From contig JBBRNJ010000036.1 in NCBI GenBank assembly GCA_038230375.1, positions 1 to 64,000 of the forward strand: a DNA stretch of 64,000 bases, given 5' to 3'. The notes beneath the pieces are model-generated. The model worked only from the letters and a program-made list of their open reading frames with translations, was not told the origin of the DNA and made no database searches. Below, piece after piece: positions 26,933-36,690 of the stretch; position 1 is the first letter of the stretch, and the number at the start of each line of letters is the position of its first letter. This DNA is from Polyangiales bacterium. GTDB taxonomy: Bacteria; Myxococcota_A; Polyangia; Polyangiales; Polyangiaceae. The translations under genes and the position numbers were made by a program.

Positions 26933-27817
26933 ATGAAGCGCTTGGTCACTGACTTATGGCTGGCCTTGCCGGCCTGCATCTTCGTTCTCGCGGTGCCCAT
27001 CACGGCTGCCGCGCAGCAGCCCACACCGCTTCCACCGCCCACGCCGCCGCCGCCGGGCTCGGAGCCTCCGCCGTCACCCACGTACCCGCCGCAGGATCCC
27101 AATCCGCCTCCCACCCACTACCAGCCGCCGCCGCCGCACCCTCACCACCGGCCGCCGCCGCCCGCATACGAGTTCGTGGACCCCGAGCCGCCGACACATG
27201 CGCCGCGCTTCTCGCTCTGGACAGGAGCGCGCGTGGGGCTGCTCTCCTTTTCGAATGCATTCTACACCAATCAGCAGGGCGACGCGGAGACCACGGGAAA
27301 CTACGTGCGTCCTGGTCTCTCGTTGGAAGCGGACGTGGGCGCGCGCCTGGCGAAGCGCTTCCTGCCGTACCTGTTGTTCGAGCACGGCTTCTTGGGGCAG
27401 GGCCGCCGGTTCGAGGGCTCGAATGCGAGCTCGCAGTCGAACCTGTACGGCATCGGCTTCCGGTACACCGCGTTCGACGTGGACAGCGTGGGCTTCCTGG
27501 CAGACCTGTCCTTCGGCTTTCGCTCCATCACCGTGAACAACGGCGGCGAGAGCTACACGATGCGTTCGCTGGAGATCTTTCGCTTCGGGTTGGGCGCGGA
27601 GATCCGCTTGAACACGCGCTTTGTCATCTCGCCGTTGCTCTCGTTCTCCACTGGCAACATGGGCGACACGGATGGCAGCATCCACTTCAGCAAGGCGGGA
27701 AGCGGAGACGGTCTTGGTGCTCCGCGCTACCAGAACGGGCAGAACATCAGCAACCAGCAGGGCTACTTGATGGTCAACCTGGGCGTGGGCGGGCACTTCG
27801 ATCTGCTGGGAAAATAG
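26933..27817 (+). CDS. Outer-membrane beta-barrel-like protein with Pro-rich N-terminus
   Basis: Signal peptide (AAA/QQP); alternating beta strands; C-terminal VNLGVGGHFDL. Confidence 0.65.
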   Translation: MKRLVTDLWLALPACIFVLAVPITAAAQQPTPLPPPTPPPPGSEPPPSPTYPPQDPNPPPTHYQPPPPHPHHRPPPPAYEFVDPEPPTHAPRFSLWTGARVGLLSFSNAFYTNQQGDAETTGNYVRPGLSLEADVGARLAKRFLPYLLFEHGFLGQGRRFEGSNASSQSNLYGIGFRYTAFDVDSVGFLADLSFGFRSITVNNGGESYTMRSLEIFRFGLGAEIRLNTRFVISPLLSFSTGNMGDTDGSIHFSKAGSGDGLGAPRYQNGQNISNQQGYLMVNLGVGGHFDLLGK

Positions 27818-27820
27818 CCG

Positions 27821-28234
27821 TCAGGGAACCGTGATGGTCTTGTCGAGGATGGCGCTTTCGTGACCCTTCGCGTCCGACAGGTGGAACTCCACCGCGTGTG
27901 AGCCCTTCGGCGCGTTCAGGATGACGAAGTCGATCTTCTGTCCGGTGAGGGTCGTGGGCGCGTTCGGGATGTTGATGACGTGATCCTGGCCGAGCTCCGT
28001 GAAGAACACGTGGAGCGCGCTGATGCCTGCGCCATCGTCGTGCGCGGTGAGCGTGAGGACCACGCCAGGTCCCGTCTGCCCCTGCACAGTCATGGCGCTG
28101 GTCGTGGCGGGCACATCCAGGTTGTCGATGACGGGCCCAGGCTCGCTCGCGCTGCTGCTCGAGCAACCAGAGACGGTGAGCGCGACGGCCGCGAGGCCGA
28201 GACCCAAGAAGCGAGAGAAGGAAGACGCGTTCAT
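27821..28234 (-). CDS. Small Ig-like lipoprotein
   Basis: Lipobox VSGC; beta-rich mature part. Confidence 0.65.
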   Translation of the reverse strand: MNASSFSRFLGLGLAAVALTVSGCSSSSASEPGPVIDNLDVPATTSAMTVQGQTGPGVVLTLTAHDDGAGISALHVFFTELGQDHVINIPNAPTTLTGQKIDFVILNAPKGSHAVEFHLSDAKGHESAILDKTITVP

Positions 28235-28409
28235 GAAAAGCTCCTGCCGCAAGCGCGGCGGTTCGTGTTGCGGCGCGAGCGTGTGCAACGGCAGTGCCGT
28301 CTCCAAAACGCCCCAGACAGGCTGCTTTTCAGGCGAAAGCGCACCCCGTGTGAACCGCGCGACACACGCACCTGTACGCCATCAGGCACGCGAAGGCACC
28401 TTCGCGCCC

Positions 28410-28509
28410 GTCGAAGTCGAAGTCAAAGTCGAGGTCGAGGTCGAGGTCGAGGTCGAGGTCGAAGTCGAAGTCGAAGTCGAGGTCCAAGTCGAAGTCGAAG
28501 TCGAAGTCG
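28410..28509 (+). repeat. Hexamer tandem repeat (GTCGAR)x16, intergenic
   Basis: gtcgaa/gtcgag units, ending next to the stop codon at 28512. Confidence 0.92.
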
Positions 28510-28511
28510 CG

Positions 28512-29681
28512 TCAGCCCGTGTCTGTCGCCGCGAGCACCGCGATCGTCTCGCCGCCGTTTCGTAGCGCCACCGCGCCCAGATCCCATGCCTCGTCGCAGA
28601 AGAACGGCGTGCCGCCGAACATCGCGAACTCGGTCTTGTGTGCGGCGCTCGCGATCTCGTCGATGGTCGCGGTCCTTGGCAACCCGACGAGCGCGCCGAG
28701 CGACGTCCATGCCGCGCGTCGCCCGTACGCGCCGCCCAGGCCCTCCGTGATCGCGCCACCGTTCGCCGCAGCCGCGAAGAGCGCGCCCCACACCACATCC
28801 GCCGTCACCGCGGACAGCGAGAACGCTTCGCCTTGCACCGACTCGACCGGGAGACCGCGCACAAGGCTCTTTCCAAGGCCGTTTCCCACGGAAGGTGTGA
28901 GCGCATGCACCGACGCCTGCACGCGCCCGTTCAGGCCGAGCGTCCACGGGACGACCGCCTCCTTGATGCGCGTGAGCTCCTCTTCGTTCTCCACGGCGGT
29001 GAGCGCGGGCGGTTGCGCGCCGTCAGGCGGTGGAAGCGAGTGCAGGGACGTGGGGCCGTGATCGAGCGCCTTCACGGCGGCCTCGATGGCCTCCGCACCG
29101 TACATGGGCATGTACGTGCGGGCCTCGCGCTCCTCGTGCGTGAGCGACAGCGGAAACGCCGCGAGCGGATGCTTCGCCTTCGTGAGGCGCTCGCGGAATG
29201 CGCGTGCGGCCGGCTCGTCGAGCGCGTTGCCGCGGAGGATGACGTCGTGCATCCAGCAAGTCATCACCTCCACGTGCACCGCCTGGGGCGCGGTCTCCTC
29301 CGGCTCGGCCAGCAGCTCCAGCAGCACCTCGCGCGGCTGCGCGTAGCCCAGACGCGATGCGACCCATCGCACGACGAGCTCGCGTGCGCGTCCAGGGTGG
29401 AGCTTCTCCATGCCCGGATCGGACAGGAGCTCAATCACCGCCACTGCGCTCTTCTTGCCAGGGCACAGCGCCAGCTCCTCGAGGACCAGCTCCGATGCGC
29501 TCTCGCAGCGCTGCGGCGTGGCGGTGCCGGTGGTCGCGCATCCGAGCAGCTCGTTCCAGAGCGCGACGAGCTCGCGATGGCTCTGCGTGTCGCCAAGGAC
29601 GGAGACGTCGAGCGAGGCCTCCACGGAGCCGGACTCCGAGAGCAGCTGCATCGCGAGTTCGTGGATGTTCTCTAGGGGCAT
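28512..29681 (-). CDS. DUF6183-like hypothetical protein
   Basis: LFAAAANGGA...GGAYGR.AAW.SL.ALVG ... F..AWDLG..AL...AVLAATDT resembles this family as recalled. Confidence 0.6.
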   Translation of the reverse strand: MPLENIHELAMQLLSESGSVEASLDVSVLGDTQSHRELVALWNELLGCATTGTATPQRCESASELVLEELALCPGKKSAVAVIELLSDPGMEKLHPGRARELVVRWVASRLGYAQPREVLLELLAEPEETAPQAVHVEVMTCWMHDVILRGNALDEPAARAFRERLTKAKHPLAAFPLSLTHEEREARTYMPMYGAEAIEAAVKALDHGPTSLHSLPPPDGAQPPALTAVENEEELTRIKEAVVPWTLGLNGRVQASVHALTPSVGNGLGKSLVRGLPVESVQGEAFSLSAVTADVVWGALFAAAANGGAITEGLGGAYGRRAAWTSLGALVGLPRTATIDEIASAAHKTEFAMFGGTPFFCDEAWDLGAVALRNGGETIAVLAATDTG

Positions 29682-29704
29682 GGGACCATTCTGGTGGGGT
29701 GGGC

Positions 29705-30370
29705 TCAGCTGAGGATCTTGGCAATGCGCTCGTTGCGAGCGGCGAGGACCTTCTCGAGTACGAGCGAGAGCTTCTGCCACGCCTTCGCGCGGTGGGAGAT
29801 CAGGTTTTTTTCGGCGTCCGTGAGCTCCGCCATCGTGGGCTCGCGCCCTTCGATGCCATGGACCACGAACATGGGGTCATAGCCGAAGCCGAACGAGCCG
29901 CGCGGCGCGCTTGTGATGCTGCCCTCGCACACGCCTTCAACGACGTGGGGCCCGTCTTCGCTGAACGGATCGACCAGGGCAAGCACGCAGCGGAAACGCG
30001 CCTTCGGCCGCTCGCCGCGCATCTCCGCGGGAGCGACACCGTCCAGCGCCGCGATCAACGCGGCATTGTTCTCCGCGTCCGTCGCGCGCTCGTGGGCGAA
30101 GCGTGCGGACCGAACGCCGGGGGCTCCGTTGAGGATGTCCACCTCGAGGCCGGAGTCGTCCGCGAGCGTGAGGCACGTGGTGAGCTTCGCTACCTCGCGC
30201 GCCTTCTTCACTGCGTTGTCCGTGAAGGTCTTGCCGTCCTCGACGATCTCCGGGATGCGCTTGGTGACGTCGGCGAGCGACAGCACGCAGAGGTCGGGGC
30301 TCTGCAGCATGGCGCGGAGCTCCTCCAGCTTTCCCTTGTTCGTGGTGGCGACTACGAGCGTGTGTCGCAT
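29705..30370 (-). CDS. rdgB: Non-canonical purine NTP pyrophosphatase (Ham1/RdgB)
   Basis: ATTNKGK, ADDSGLEV, PGVRSARFA, GFGYDP, KNLISHR. Confidence 0.95.
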   Translation of the reverse strand: MRHTLVVATTNKGKLEELRAMLQSPDLCVLSLADVTKRIPEIVEDGKTFTDNAVKKAREVAKLTTCLTLADDSGLEVDILNGAPGVRSARFAHERATDAENNAALIAALDGVAPAEMRGERPKARFRCVLALVDPFSEDGPHVVEGVCEGSITSAPRGSFGFGYDPMFVVHGIEGREPTMAELTDAEKNLISHRAKAWQKLSLVLEKVLAARNERIAKILS

Positions 30371-31128
30371 CAGCCCGGCACGAGCAGGTCGTTGAGGGTG
30401 ATGCCGCTCTTCGCGATCTCGCGCTCCTGCAGCGCAATCAGCTTGTCGATGCCCTTGATGCCCAGGTCGATGAGACCGTCGAACACCTTGCGCGGAACGG
30501 GGGCGTCCTCCGCGGTGCCTTGCACCTCGATGATCGCGCCGGATTTCGTTGCCACCAGGTTGAGGTCGACCTCCGCCTTGGAGTCTTCCTTGTAACAGAG
30601 GTCCAGCATGGACTCGCCGCCGACCTGACCGGCGCTCACCGCGGCCACGGGTTCGCGCAAGCATGGCGTGGTCAGGATGCCCTTCTGCCGCAGCTTCGCG
30701 AGGGCGAGCGCGAGCGCGACGAAGCCCCCCGTGATCGATGCGGTGCGCGTGCCGCCGTCGGCCTCGAGCACGTCGCAGTCGATGCTGATCTGTCGCTCGC
30801 CCAGCTTGTCCAGATGGACCGCGGCGCGCAGCGAACGGCCGATGAGCCGCTGGATCTCCTGCGTGCGCCCGCTCGGCGCCTTGCCGCGTCCGTCACGCGA
30901 CTCGCGCCGCTCCGGATTGCTACGCGGGTGCATCTGGTACTCGGCGGTGACCCAGCCCTTGCCCTTGCCCTCCATGAACGGGGGGACCTTCGCATCCACG
31001 GAGGCAGTGCAGAGCACGATGGTGTTGCCGGCCTTGTAGAGCACGGAGCCTTCGGACATGCGGTGGAAGCCCACCTGCATCTCCACGGGTCTCAGGGCGT
31101 CGAGCGTGCGGTCGTCATGTCGAGGCAT
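30370..31128 (-). CDS. rph: Ribonuclease PH
   Basis: GWVTAEY, GRTQEIQRLIGRSLR, DCDVLEADGGTRTASITG, IEVQGTAE. Confidence 0.97.
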   Translation of the reverse strand: MPRHDDRTLDALRPVEMQVGFHRMSEGSVLYKAGNTIVLCTASVDAKVPPFMEGKGKGWVTAEYQMHPRSNPERRESRDGRGKAPSGRTQEIQRLIGRSLRAAVHLDKLGERQISIDCDVLEADGGTRTASITGGFVALALALAKLRQKGILTTPCLREPVAAVSAGQVGGESMLDLCYKEDSKAEVDLNLVATKSGAIIEVQGTAEDAPVPRKVFDGLIDLGIKGIDKLIALQEREIAKSGITLNDLLVPG

Positions 31129-32668
31129 GGCGGCCACTATAACCCTTCGAGCGCAAGGGGGCGATGGGCAGCGCGATCGTGAAGGTCGTTCCGCCTCCGT
31201 CACGCGCCGTGCACGCGAGCGAGCCTCCGTGCGCCTCGACGATCTGGCGGGTGATGGCCAGGCCCAGGCCCGTGCCTTCGCCCTTCGTGGAGAAGAACGG
31301 GTCGAAGATCTTCGCGCGGACCGCGTCCGGGATCCCGGTGCCGCGATCCTTGACGGATACGAGCACGCTCATTCCTTCCGCGCCCACCGTGAGCTCGATC
31401 GCGCCGCCGTCGGGCATGGCCTCGCGCGCGTTGCGGAGCAAGTTCAGCAGCGCCTGTCGGAGTTGAGCCTCGTCGAAGAGCGCGGACGGCAGCTCTCCCT
31501 TCTCGAGCTCCACGGTAAGCGTGCAGTGTGCACGTTCTGCCTCCGGCCGCGCGAAGTCGGCCACGTCGGTCACGAGCTCTGCCAGGTTCTCGGCCTCCAT
31601 GCGAGGCGAGGGGAGGCGCGCGACGCGCAGGTACTCCTCCGACAGCTGCTCCAGTCGCGACACCTCGCGCGTGATCGAGCTCAGCAAATTCTTCGATTCG
31701 CCACGCACGCCTGCCGTTGCGAGCTCTTCGTCCAGCAGCTCGATGTTGAGGCCGATCGACGACAGCGGGTTCCTGATCTCGTGCGTGACGTGCGCCGCCA
31801 TCTTGCCGATCGCCGCGAGGCGCTCGTTCGCGACCGCGCGCGACTGCGCCTTGCCCACTGCGAAGACCATCTTCTCGAAGGCCTGCGACAGCTCCGCGAT
31901 CTCGTCGCCGGTCTCGAGCGCGGGCTTTGGCTCCAGGTCGCCGCGGGCCACGTCCTTCGCACGATCCGTCACCTTCTGCAGCGGCGACAGCACGCGCCGC
32001 GCATAGATCGACATCAGGATGCCGACCACGAACGTGAGCAAACCCAGCCCCGCGAGCTGATAGATCGCGCGCCGCTCACGCTCCTTCGCCGCCGCGCCGA
32101 ACTGATCCATCGCCTGCGCCAGATGCTCGGACAAGATCCGCAGGCGCTTGTCGCACTCGTGCTCCACCGCGCCGAGCGTGAGGATCGCGCGGTTGATCGC
32201 GTCCTTGTCGCCGCTGTCCAGCGCGGTGAGCAGCTTCTCCAGCGGCTCGCGCTCTTCACCGAGCAAAGCCTCCGCAGCGTCCAGCTCGCCAGTGAGGAGC
32301 AGCGAGCGCTCGCGCGTCTCGTCGCTGCCGAGCTCGTAGAGATCGTGCGAGAGCGCCTGCCGCGTCTCGGTGAGCTTCGCGCGGCGCACCTTCACGAGCG
32401 TCTCGAGCAAGAGCCGCGTGGATGGATTGCGTTCGTCCGGTGCGCCGTCCACCAGCGTTGCCAGCGTGGTCACCACCGCGCGCAGCTGGCCCAGCTTGAG
32501 CGCGACCGGCACGTAGCCGCGCACCAGCTCCTCGCTGTCTTTTGCCGCCTTCTGCTGCGACACGACGCTCACGCCCACGGTCACCGCGAACGCCAGCAGG
32601 GTCACGGCAAACGACGCGAGCACGCGGCCCGCGATGGTGCTGCGCTTCTGCGGTGCCCCGGTCTCCAC
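31115..32668 (-). CDS. Membrane HAMP-domain sensor histidine kinase
   Basis: Two TM helices, HAMP, HEIRNPL, NLLRNA, DRGTGI, FFSTK..GTGLGL. Confidence 0.93.
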   Translation of the reverse strand: METGAPQKRSTIAGRVLASFAVTLLAFAVTVGVSVVSQQKAAKDSEELVRGYVPVALKLGQLRAVVTTLATLVDGAPDERNPSTRLLLETLVKVRRAKLTETRQALSHDLYELGSDETRERSLLLTGELDAAEALLGEEREPLEKLLTALDSGDKDAINRAILTLGAVEHECDKRLRILSEHLAQAMDQFGAAAKERERRAIYQLAGLGLLTFVVGILMSIYARRVLSPLQKVTDRAKDVARGDLEPKPALETGDEIAELSQAFEKMVFAVGKAQSRAVANERLAAIGKMAAHVTHEIRNPLSSIGLNIELLDEELATAGVRGESKNLLSSITREVSRLEQLSEEYLRVARLPSPRMEAENLAELVTDVADFARPEAERAHCTLTVELEKGELPSALFDEAQLRQALLNLLRNAREAMPDGGAIELTVGAEGMSVLVSVKDRGTGIPDAVRAKIFDPFFSTKGEGTGLGLAITRQIVEAHGGSLACTARDGGGTTFTIALPIAPLRSKGYSGRHAST

Positions 32669-32671
32669 GCC

Positions 32672-33817
32672 TCAACCCGCCGGCGACGCCGCGTGCTGGG
32701 ATTTGCCCAGGCCGCGCGCGATGAGCGTCGCGAGATCTTCCGCGCGCGCACCGGCCTTGCGGAACGAGCGGAGGCTCTGCGCGCACGCGGTGACCAGGAG
32801 CTGGCCTTCGGCCTCGTGCGCGCGGCCCTTCGCGATCTCCTGCGAGACCTCCGGCATGGTGACAGGCAAGAGCCCACCGCCGCCCGAGCACGCGGTGTGC
32901 TCGCGGTTCTTGTGCATCTCGCGCGGGGGCGCACCGTAGAGACGCGTCAGGATCGCGCGCGGCTCCGACGTGAGGCCCAGGCCGCGGCCCAGGTGACACG
33001 GATCATGGAACACGGGCGGCGGGAGAGGATCGCCAGCCACGTCGGGCGTGAGTCGTGAGAGCCGGTTCACGTTCGTGGACGCGAGCTCCACGAGAGTCAC
33101 GATGCGCGGCTCGAACGCAATGCCGTGCGCAGCCGCGCCCTTCTTGATCGCATACGCACAGCCTGGGTCCCCCACGACAAGGAGGCGCATCCCGCGCGTC
33201 TCCTTCGCAAGCTCCATGAGCTCCTGGCGTTGACCTTCCGCGTCGCCCGCCATGGCGAGCGCTCCGCCGCAGCACGAGGACATCAACGTGGCCGGCCCCG
33301 CGAGCTCGTTTGACGCCGCGATGACGTCGTCCGCGATCTCCGGCAGTCTCCGCAGATACGTGCATCCTGCAACTATCCCGACCGCCGCCGTGTCGGGCAG
33401 TCCATGACGTGCCTTCGCCTGTGCGACGCGCTGCCCCAGCTCCGCCTTCCGCTCCGCGAAGAGCCGCGCCACACGCACTGCGGCCGCAGGCGCCTTGCCT
33501 GCCGCGAAGATCGCGGCGCGCGCCACGCCCAGCGTGTCGGCCACGGGGTTCTTGTGGTCGCACGAGTTCTTGCAAGCCTCGCAGCCCGTGCAAGCCCACG
33601 CGAGGTTCGTGAAGGAAGGATCGGGTTGCACGTGCTCATCGGCAACGAAGTACATCGCCGACATCTTCCCCCAAGGCGTCAACGATTCGCGAGGCTCCGC
33701 GTTGGAGACGGGGCACTCGCTGCGACAGAGCTTCGGGCAATACACGCAGAGCGAGAGCTCGCGTGCGCGCTCGCCCAGGAGCGGGAGCCCCTTGAAACTC
33801 GGGGTCCTGGGCTTCAT
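32672..33817 (-). CDS. (Fe-S)-binding protein with CCG domains (GlpC/HdrD-like)
   Basis: CVYCPKLCRSECP, CTGCEACKNSC, CCGG, FHDPCHLGR, CSGGGG. Confidence 0.85.
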   Translation of the reverse strand: MKPRTPSFKGLPLLGERARELSLCVYCPKLCRSECPVSNAEPRESLTPWGKMSAMYFVADEHVQPDPSFTNLAWACTGCEACKNSCDHKNPVADTLGVARAAIFAAGKAPAAAVRVARLFAERKAELGQRVAQAKARHGLPDTAAVGIVAGCTYLRRLPEIADDVIAASNELAGPATLMSSCCGGALAMAGDAEGQRQELMELAKETRGMRLLVVGDPGCAYAIKKGAAAHGIAFEPRIVTLVELASTNVNRLSRLTPDVAGDPLPPPVFHDPCHLGRGLGLTSEPRAILTRLYGAPPREMHKNREHTACSGGGGLLPVTMPEVSQEIAKGRAHEAEGQLLVTACAQSLRSFRKAGARAEDLATLIARGLGKSQHAASPAG

Positions 33818-33845
33818 TTTTCGCCTTGCTCGAGCGCGAGCTCTC

Positions 33846-34754
33846 TCACCGGTAGGTGAAGCGCAGATCGTGATCGCAGATGCGGAAGATGTCGCCCTCG
33901 GCGATCTGCTTCCGCGCGATGCGCTGCCCGTTGTACTCGACGCCGTTCGTGGAGCCCATGTCGACCATGAAGTAGACGCCGTTCTGGTACTCGATCATCG
34001 CGTGCTGACGCGACACGTTCGGGTCCTTCAGCGTGAGGTCGGACGATTGCTTGCCGCGGCCGATGACGAAGCGGTCCTTCGTGACCGGGCATTTCTCGCC
34101 CTGGTAGATGACAGTCAGCGTGTTGCCCTGCTGCTGCTGCTGGCCGTAGCCACCACCATTCATTCCCGGTCCGGCGGGCGGCATGGAGCCACGTTGCGGA
34201 GGAATGGGTGGGGGCGCGCTCCGCGGCGGTGCCGACGGAGACCCGCGATTCATCATCGGGCCGCCAGTATTGGGGCGCATGTTGCCGATGGGCGTGGGTC
34301 CGCCCATCTGACCGCCCGCAGGTCCGCGAGGAGGCGGAGGCGGGAGCTGACTGGGGCGCGCAGGCGGCGGTGGAAGGCCACCGGTCGTACGAGGGGGCGG
34401 TCCGAGTCCACCACCGCGCGGCCGCTCGATCGGAGGCGGAGGCGCGCTGCCGTATCCAGACCCGCCACGCACGGGCGGGCCGGGGCGAGAGGCGCCACCA
34501 ACGTCCCGCTCGCGATCATTGGAGCTTCCACGGTCGCGCGTGTCGGCGCGTTCGCGTGTCTCTCCACGATCACCTCGGCCGGCGGGCTCACGGTCCGCAC
34601 CGCCATTGCGCTGGCGGGCGTACTGCTTCATGGCTTCGTTGATGAGATAGTCCACGCTGCATTCGAGCTCGCGCGCCATCTGCTCGAACGTCTCCCAGAG
34701 CATGTCCCTGCACTGGAAGTTTCGAGCGCTCTTCTTGTTCGGATCCGAGCTCAT
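33846..34754 (-). CDS. FHA-domain protein with N-terminal ribbon-helix-helix-like domain and Pro/Gly-rich linker
   Basis: C-terminal IGR...D..VSRQHA...D.GSTNG; N-terminal RNFQC.D.LW..FE.MA..L..SVD.LINEAM. Confidence 0.85.
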   Translation of the reverse strand: MSSDPNKKSARNFQCRDMLWETFEQMARELECSVDYLINEAMKQYARQRNGGADREPAGRGDRGETRERADTRDRGSSNDRERDVGGASRPGPPVRGGSGYGSAPPPPIERPRGGGLGPPPRTTGGLPPPPARPSQLPPPPPRGPAGGQMGGPTPIGNMRPNTGGPMMNRGSPSAPPRSAPPPIPPQRGSMPPAGPGMNGGGYGQQQQQGNTLTVIYQGEKCPVTKDRFVIGRGKQSSDLTLKDPNVSRQHAMIEYQNGVYFMVDMGSTNGVEYNGQRIARKQIAEGDIFRICDHDLRFTYR

Positions 34755-34925
34755 CTCACGAGTCCTTGACCGTCTGTTTGAGGCTACCGCCGGAACAGTA
34801 AAATATACACACGTTTTTCCGGGGAGGAGCCACGAAAGCCGATGATCGCGCGTTCAGGCGGAAGGGGCCAAGTTCACGCGGTCGCTTGGCGGCTTCGAGC
34901 GCGCGACGAATCCGCTGCTGGCAGG

Positions 34926-36542
34926 CTAGTTTGTCATCGTGGGTAGCACGCAGAGCTTCACGAGCTCGCCGATCGTCGCGATCTCCTTCGTCTCTGTCTC
35001 CTTCGTGCCTGCCTTCGGGACCTCGCACTGCCACTGGCAGTCGTCCTCTTTCTCGCACTTGGGAAGGGGCGACTTGTCATCCGCGAAGCCCGCGATGTTG
35101 CTCTGATCGGCCTTCTTGCCGTTGTAGAAGAAGCCAATCGCCGTGAGGCGCGGGCCAATGTCCTGGCTGTTCAGATAAGGACGGATGGCGTCGATCGGCT
35201 TGGGCTGTCCCGCGGGCGGCTCCATCTTGGCGATGTCTCCACCCCAGGAGAGCGCCTCGGTCATGCCCATCTTCACCGTCGGGCGTGTCGGGAGGTGACG
35301 CATGAACTCCGGCACCTCCTTGGTGCCGCTGGTCTTCAGGACAACGTCGCCGGCGACCCAGCGAATCTTCCATTTCTTGGGCTCGAACAGCGTGTAGAGC
35401 TTCGGGACGATCTGCTCCTTCGGGAACTCCTGGAGGCGCTGGAACGCGACGTCCTTGATGGAGTCGGCGACGCTCTCGTCCTTGCAGATGTCGAAGACGC
35501 GCTGGAGATCGTTCGGGTTGGTCTTGTCCAGACGGCCCTCGAGCGCGGCGAGCGCCGTCTTGCGACGGTCATCCGAGTTCTTCGCGTCGGCGGCGAATCC
35601 GAGCAAATAGTCGACGATCGCGCGACCTCCCACCTTCTTCATGGCGGGGAAGATCTCCTCGTTCAGGCGGCGATCTGTGACCTGCTGGAGCTGCGTGGCG
35701 ACCTGCGCGTCCGTGACGCCCTTGGCGCCTTGCGCGTTGTTGTGCTCGACGATGAGCTTCCGCTGCTTCGTCTGCCAGGGTTCGGCGTTGATGGCCTTTG
35801 CGAGCAAGACCATCGCGTCGCCTGCACGCTTCTTGGTGTCGTCGTCGCCGATGTCGGCCACGAGTGCAGCCATGCGGTCGACGCGGTATGCGTCCTCGTT
35901 GATGAAGCCCGGGAGCTTCTTCACGCTGCTCGCGCCAAGGAAGCGCATCATCTGCTCGAGACCGTACTGCTGCGAGCCGTTCTCGATCCGGTTCTCGAAG
36001 TCCGCCTGGCCCCACTCGGTGAGCGCGGCAACGACGTCCGCCTTGGTCTTTTCATCCGTGATGAGCGTGGGCTCGTGCGAGAGCATCGCGAACGCGACGT
36101 CCTTGTACGGAACCGACGGATCCGGCGGCATTCGGCCGTCTTTGTCGGGTTTCGGCGGGGCGACCTTCATCTTCTCGATGAGCGTCGGCGCCATGCCGTT
36201 CACGATCTGACGACGCGCGTCGTCGGGGAGAACGGCAAGCGCGCCTTCGCGCGGCTCGCTCTCGTCATCCTTGTACTTGTCGACGAGGAAGCTGATGCCC
36301 TTGCGCTGCCCACCGCGCGCCGGCATTTCCGCCAGGGCGATCGCTGCCTTCGTGCGCAGCGGCCAGCTGTACTTGTCGTGCGTGATGACGGCGACGAGCT
36401 TGTAGGGGCCGTGCTCCGTGCCCTCCCAGCGCGTCACGTCGGATTCGCTCACGGCGCACCCGTTCCCGAGCGCTGCGCTCGCGAATCCACACACGAATAC
36501 TGCGGCGCCCATGGCGCGCCGAACCGACTTGGCTTTGACCAT
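34926..36542 (-). CDS. Helical-repeat (HEAT-like) putative lipoprotein
   Basis: Signal peptide ending GNGC; amphipathic helical repeats; strong codon bias; start uncertain. Confidence 0.65.
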   Translation of the reverse strand: MVKAKSVRRAMGAAVFVCGFASAALGNGCAVSESDVTRWEGTEHGPYKLVAVITHDKYSWPLRTKAAIALAEMPARGGQRKGISFLVDKYKDDESEPREGALAVLPDDARRQIVNGMAPTLIEKMKVAPPKPDKDGRMPPDPSVPYKDVAFAMLSHEPTLITDEKTKADVVAALTEWGQADFENRIENGSQQYGLEQMMRFLGASSVKKLPGFINEDAYRVDRMAALVADIGDDDTKKRAGDAMVLLAKAINAEPWQTKQRKLIVEHNNAQGAKGVTDAQVATQLQQVTDRRLNEEIFPAMKKVGGRAIVDYLLGFAADAKNSDDRRKTALAALEGRLDKTNPNDLQRVFDICKDESVADSIKDVAFQRLQEFPKEQIVPKLYTLFEPKKWKIRWVAGDVVLKTSGTKEVPEFMRHLPTRPTVKMGMTEALSWGGDIAKMEPPAGQPKPIDAIRPYLNSQDIGPRLTAIGFFYNGKKADQSNIAGFADDKSPLPKCEKEDDCQWQCEVPKAGTKETETKEIATIGELVKLCVLPTMTN

Positions 36543-36690
36543 CACGTGCTTCGTCCCCGTTACCTTCGATAGAAACCGGCGAGCCGATGCTACGCCGAGC
36601 GCAGCCATGGACCCAAATGAAATCCGGCTGGGTGAAAGTTTGACCTACCCCTGCGATGTCGCGTACTTTTGCGTGTAGGTAAAAGTAGGT

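Noticed and set aside
18399..28509. Repeat tracts (18.4 kb, 28.4 kb; also 59.0 kb) as possible CRISPR arrays
   Set aside because: Simple tandem units with no unique spacers, and no cas genes
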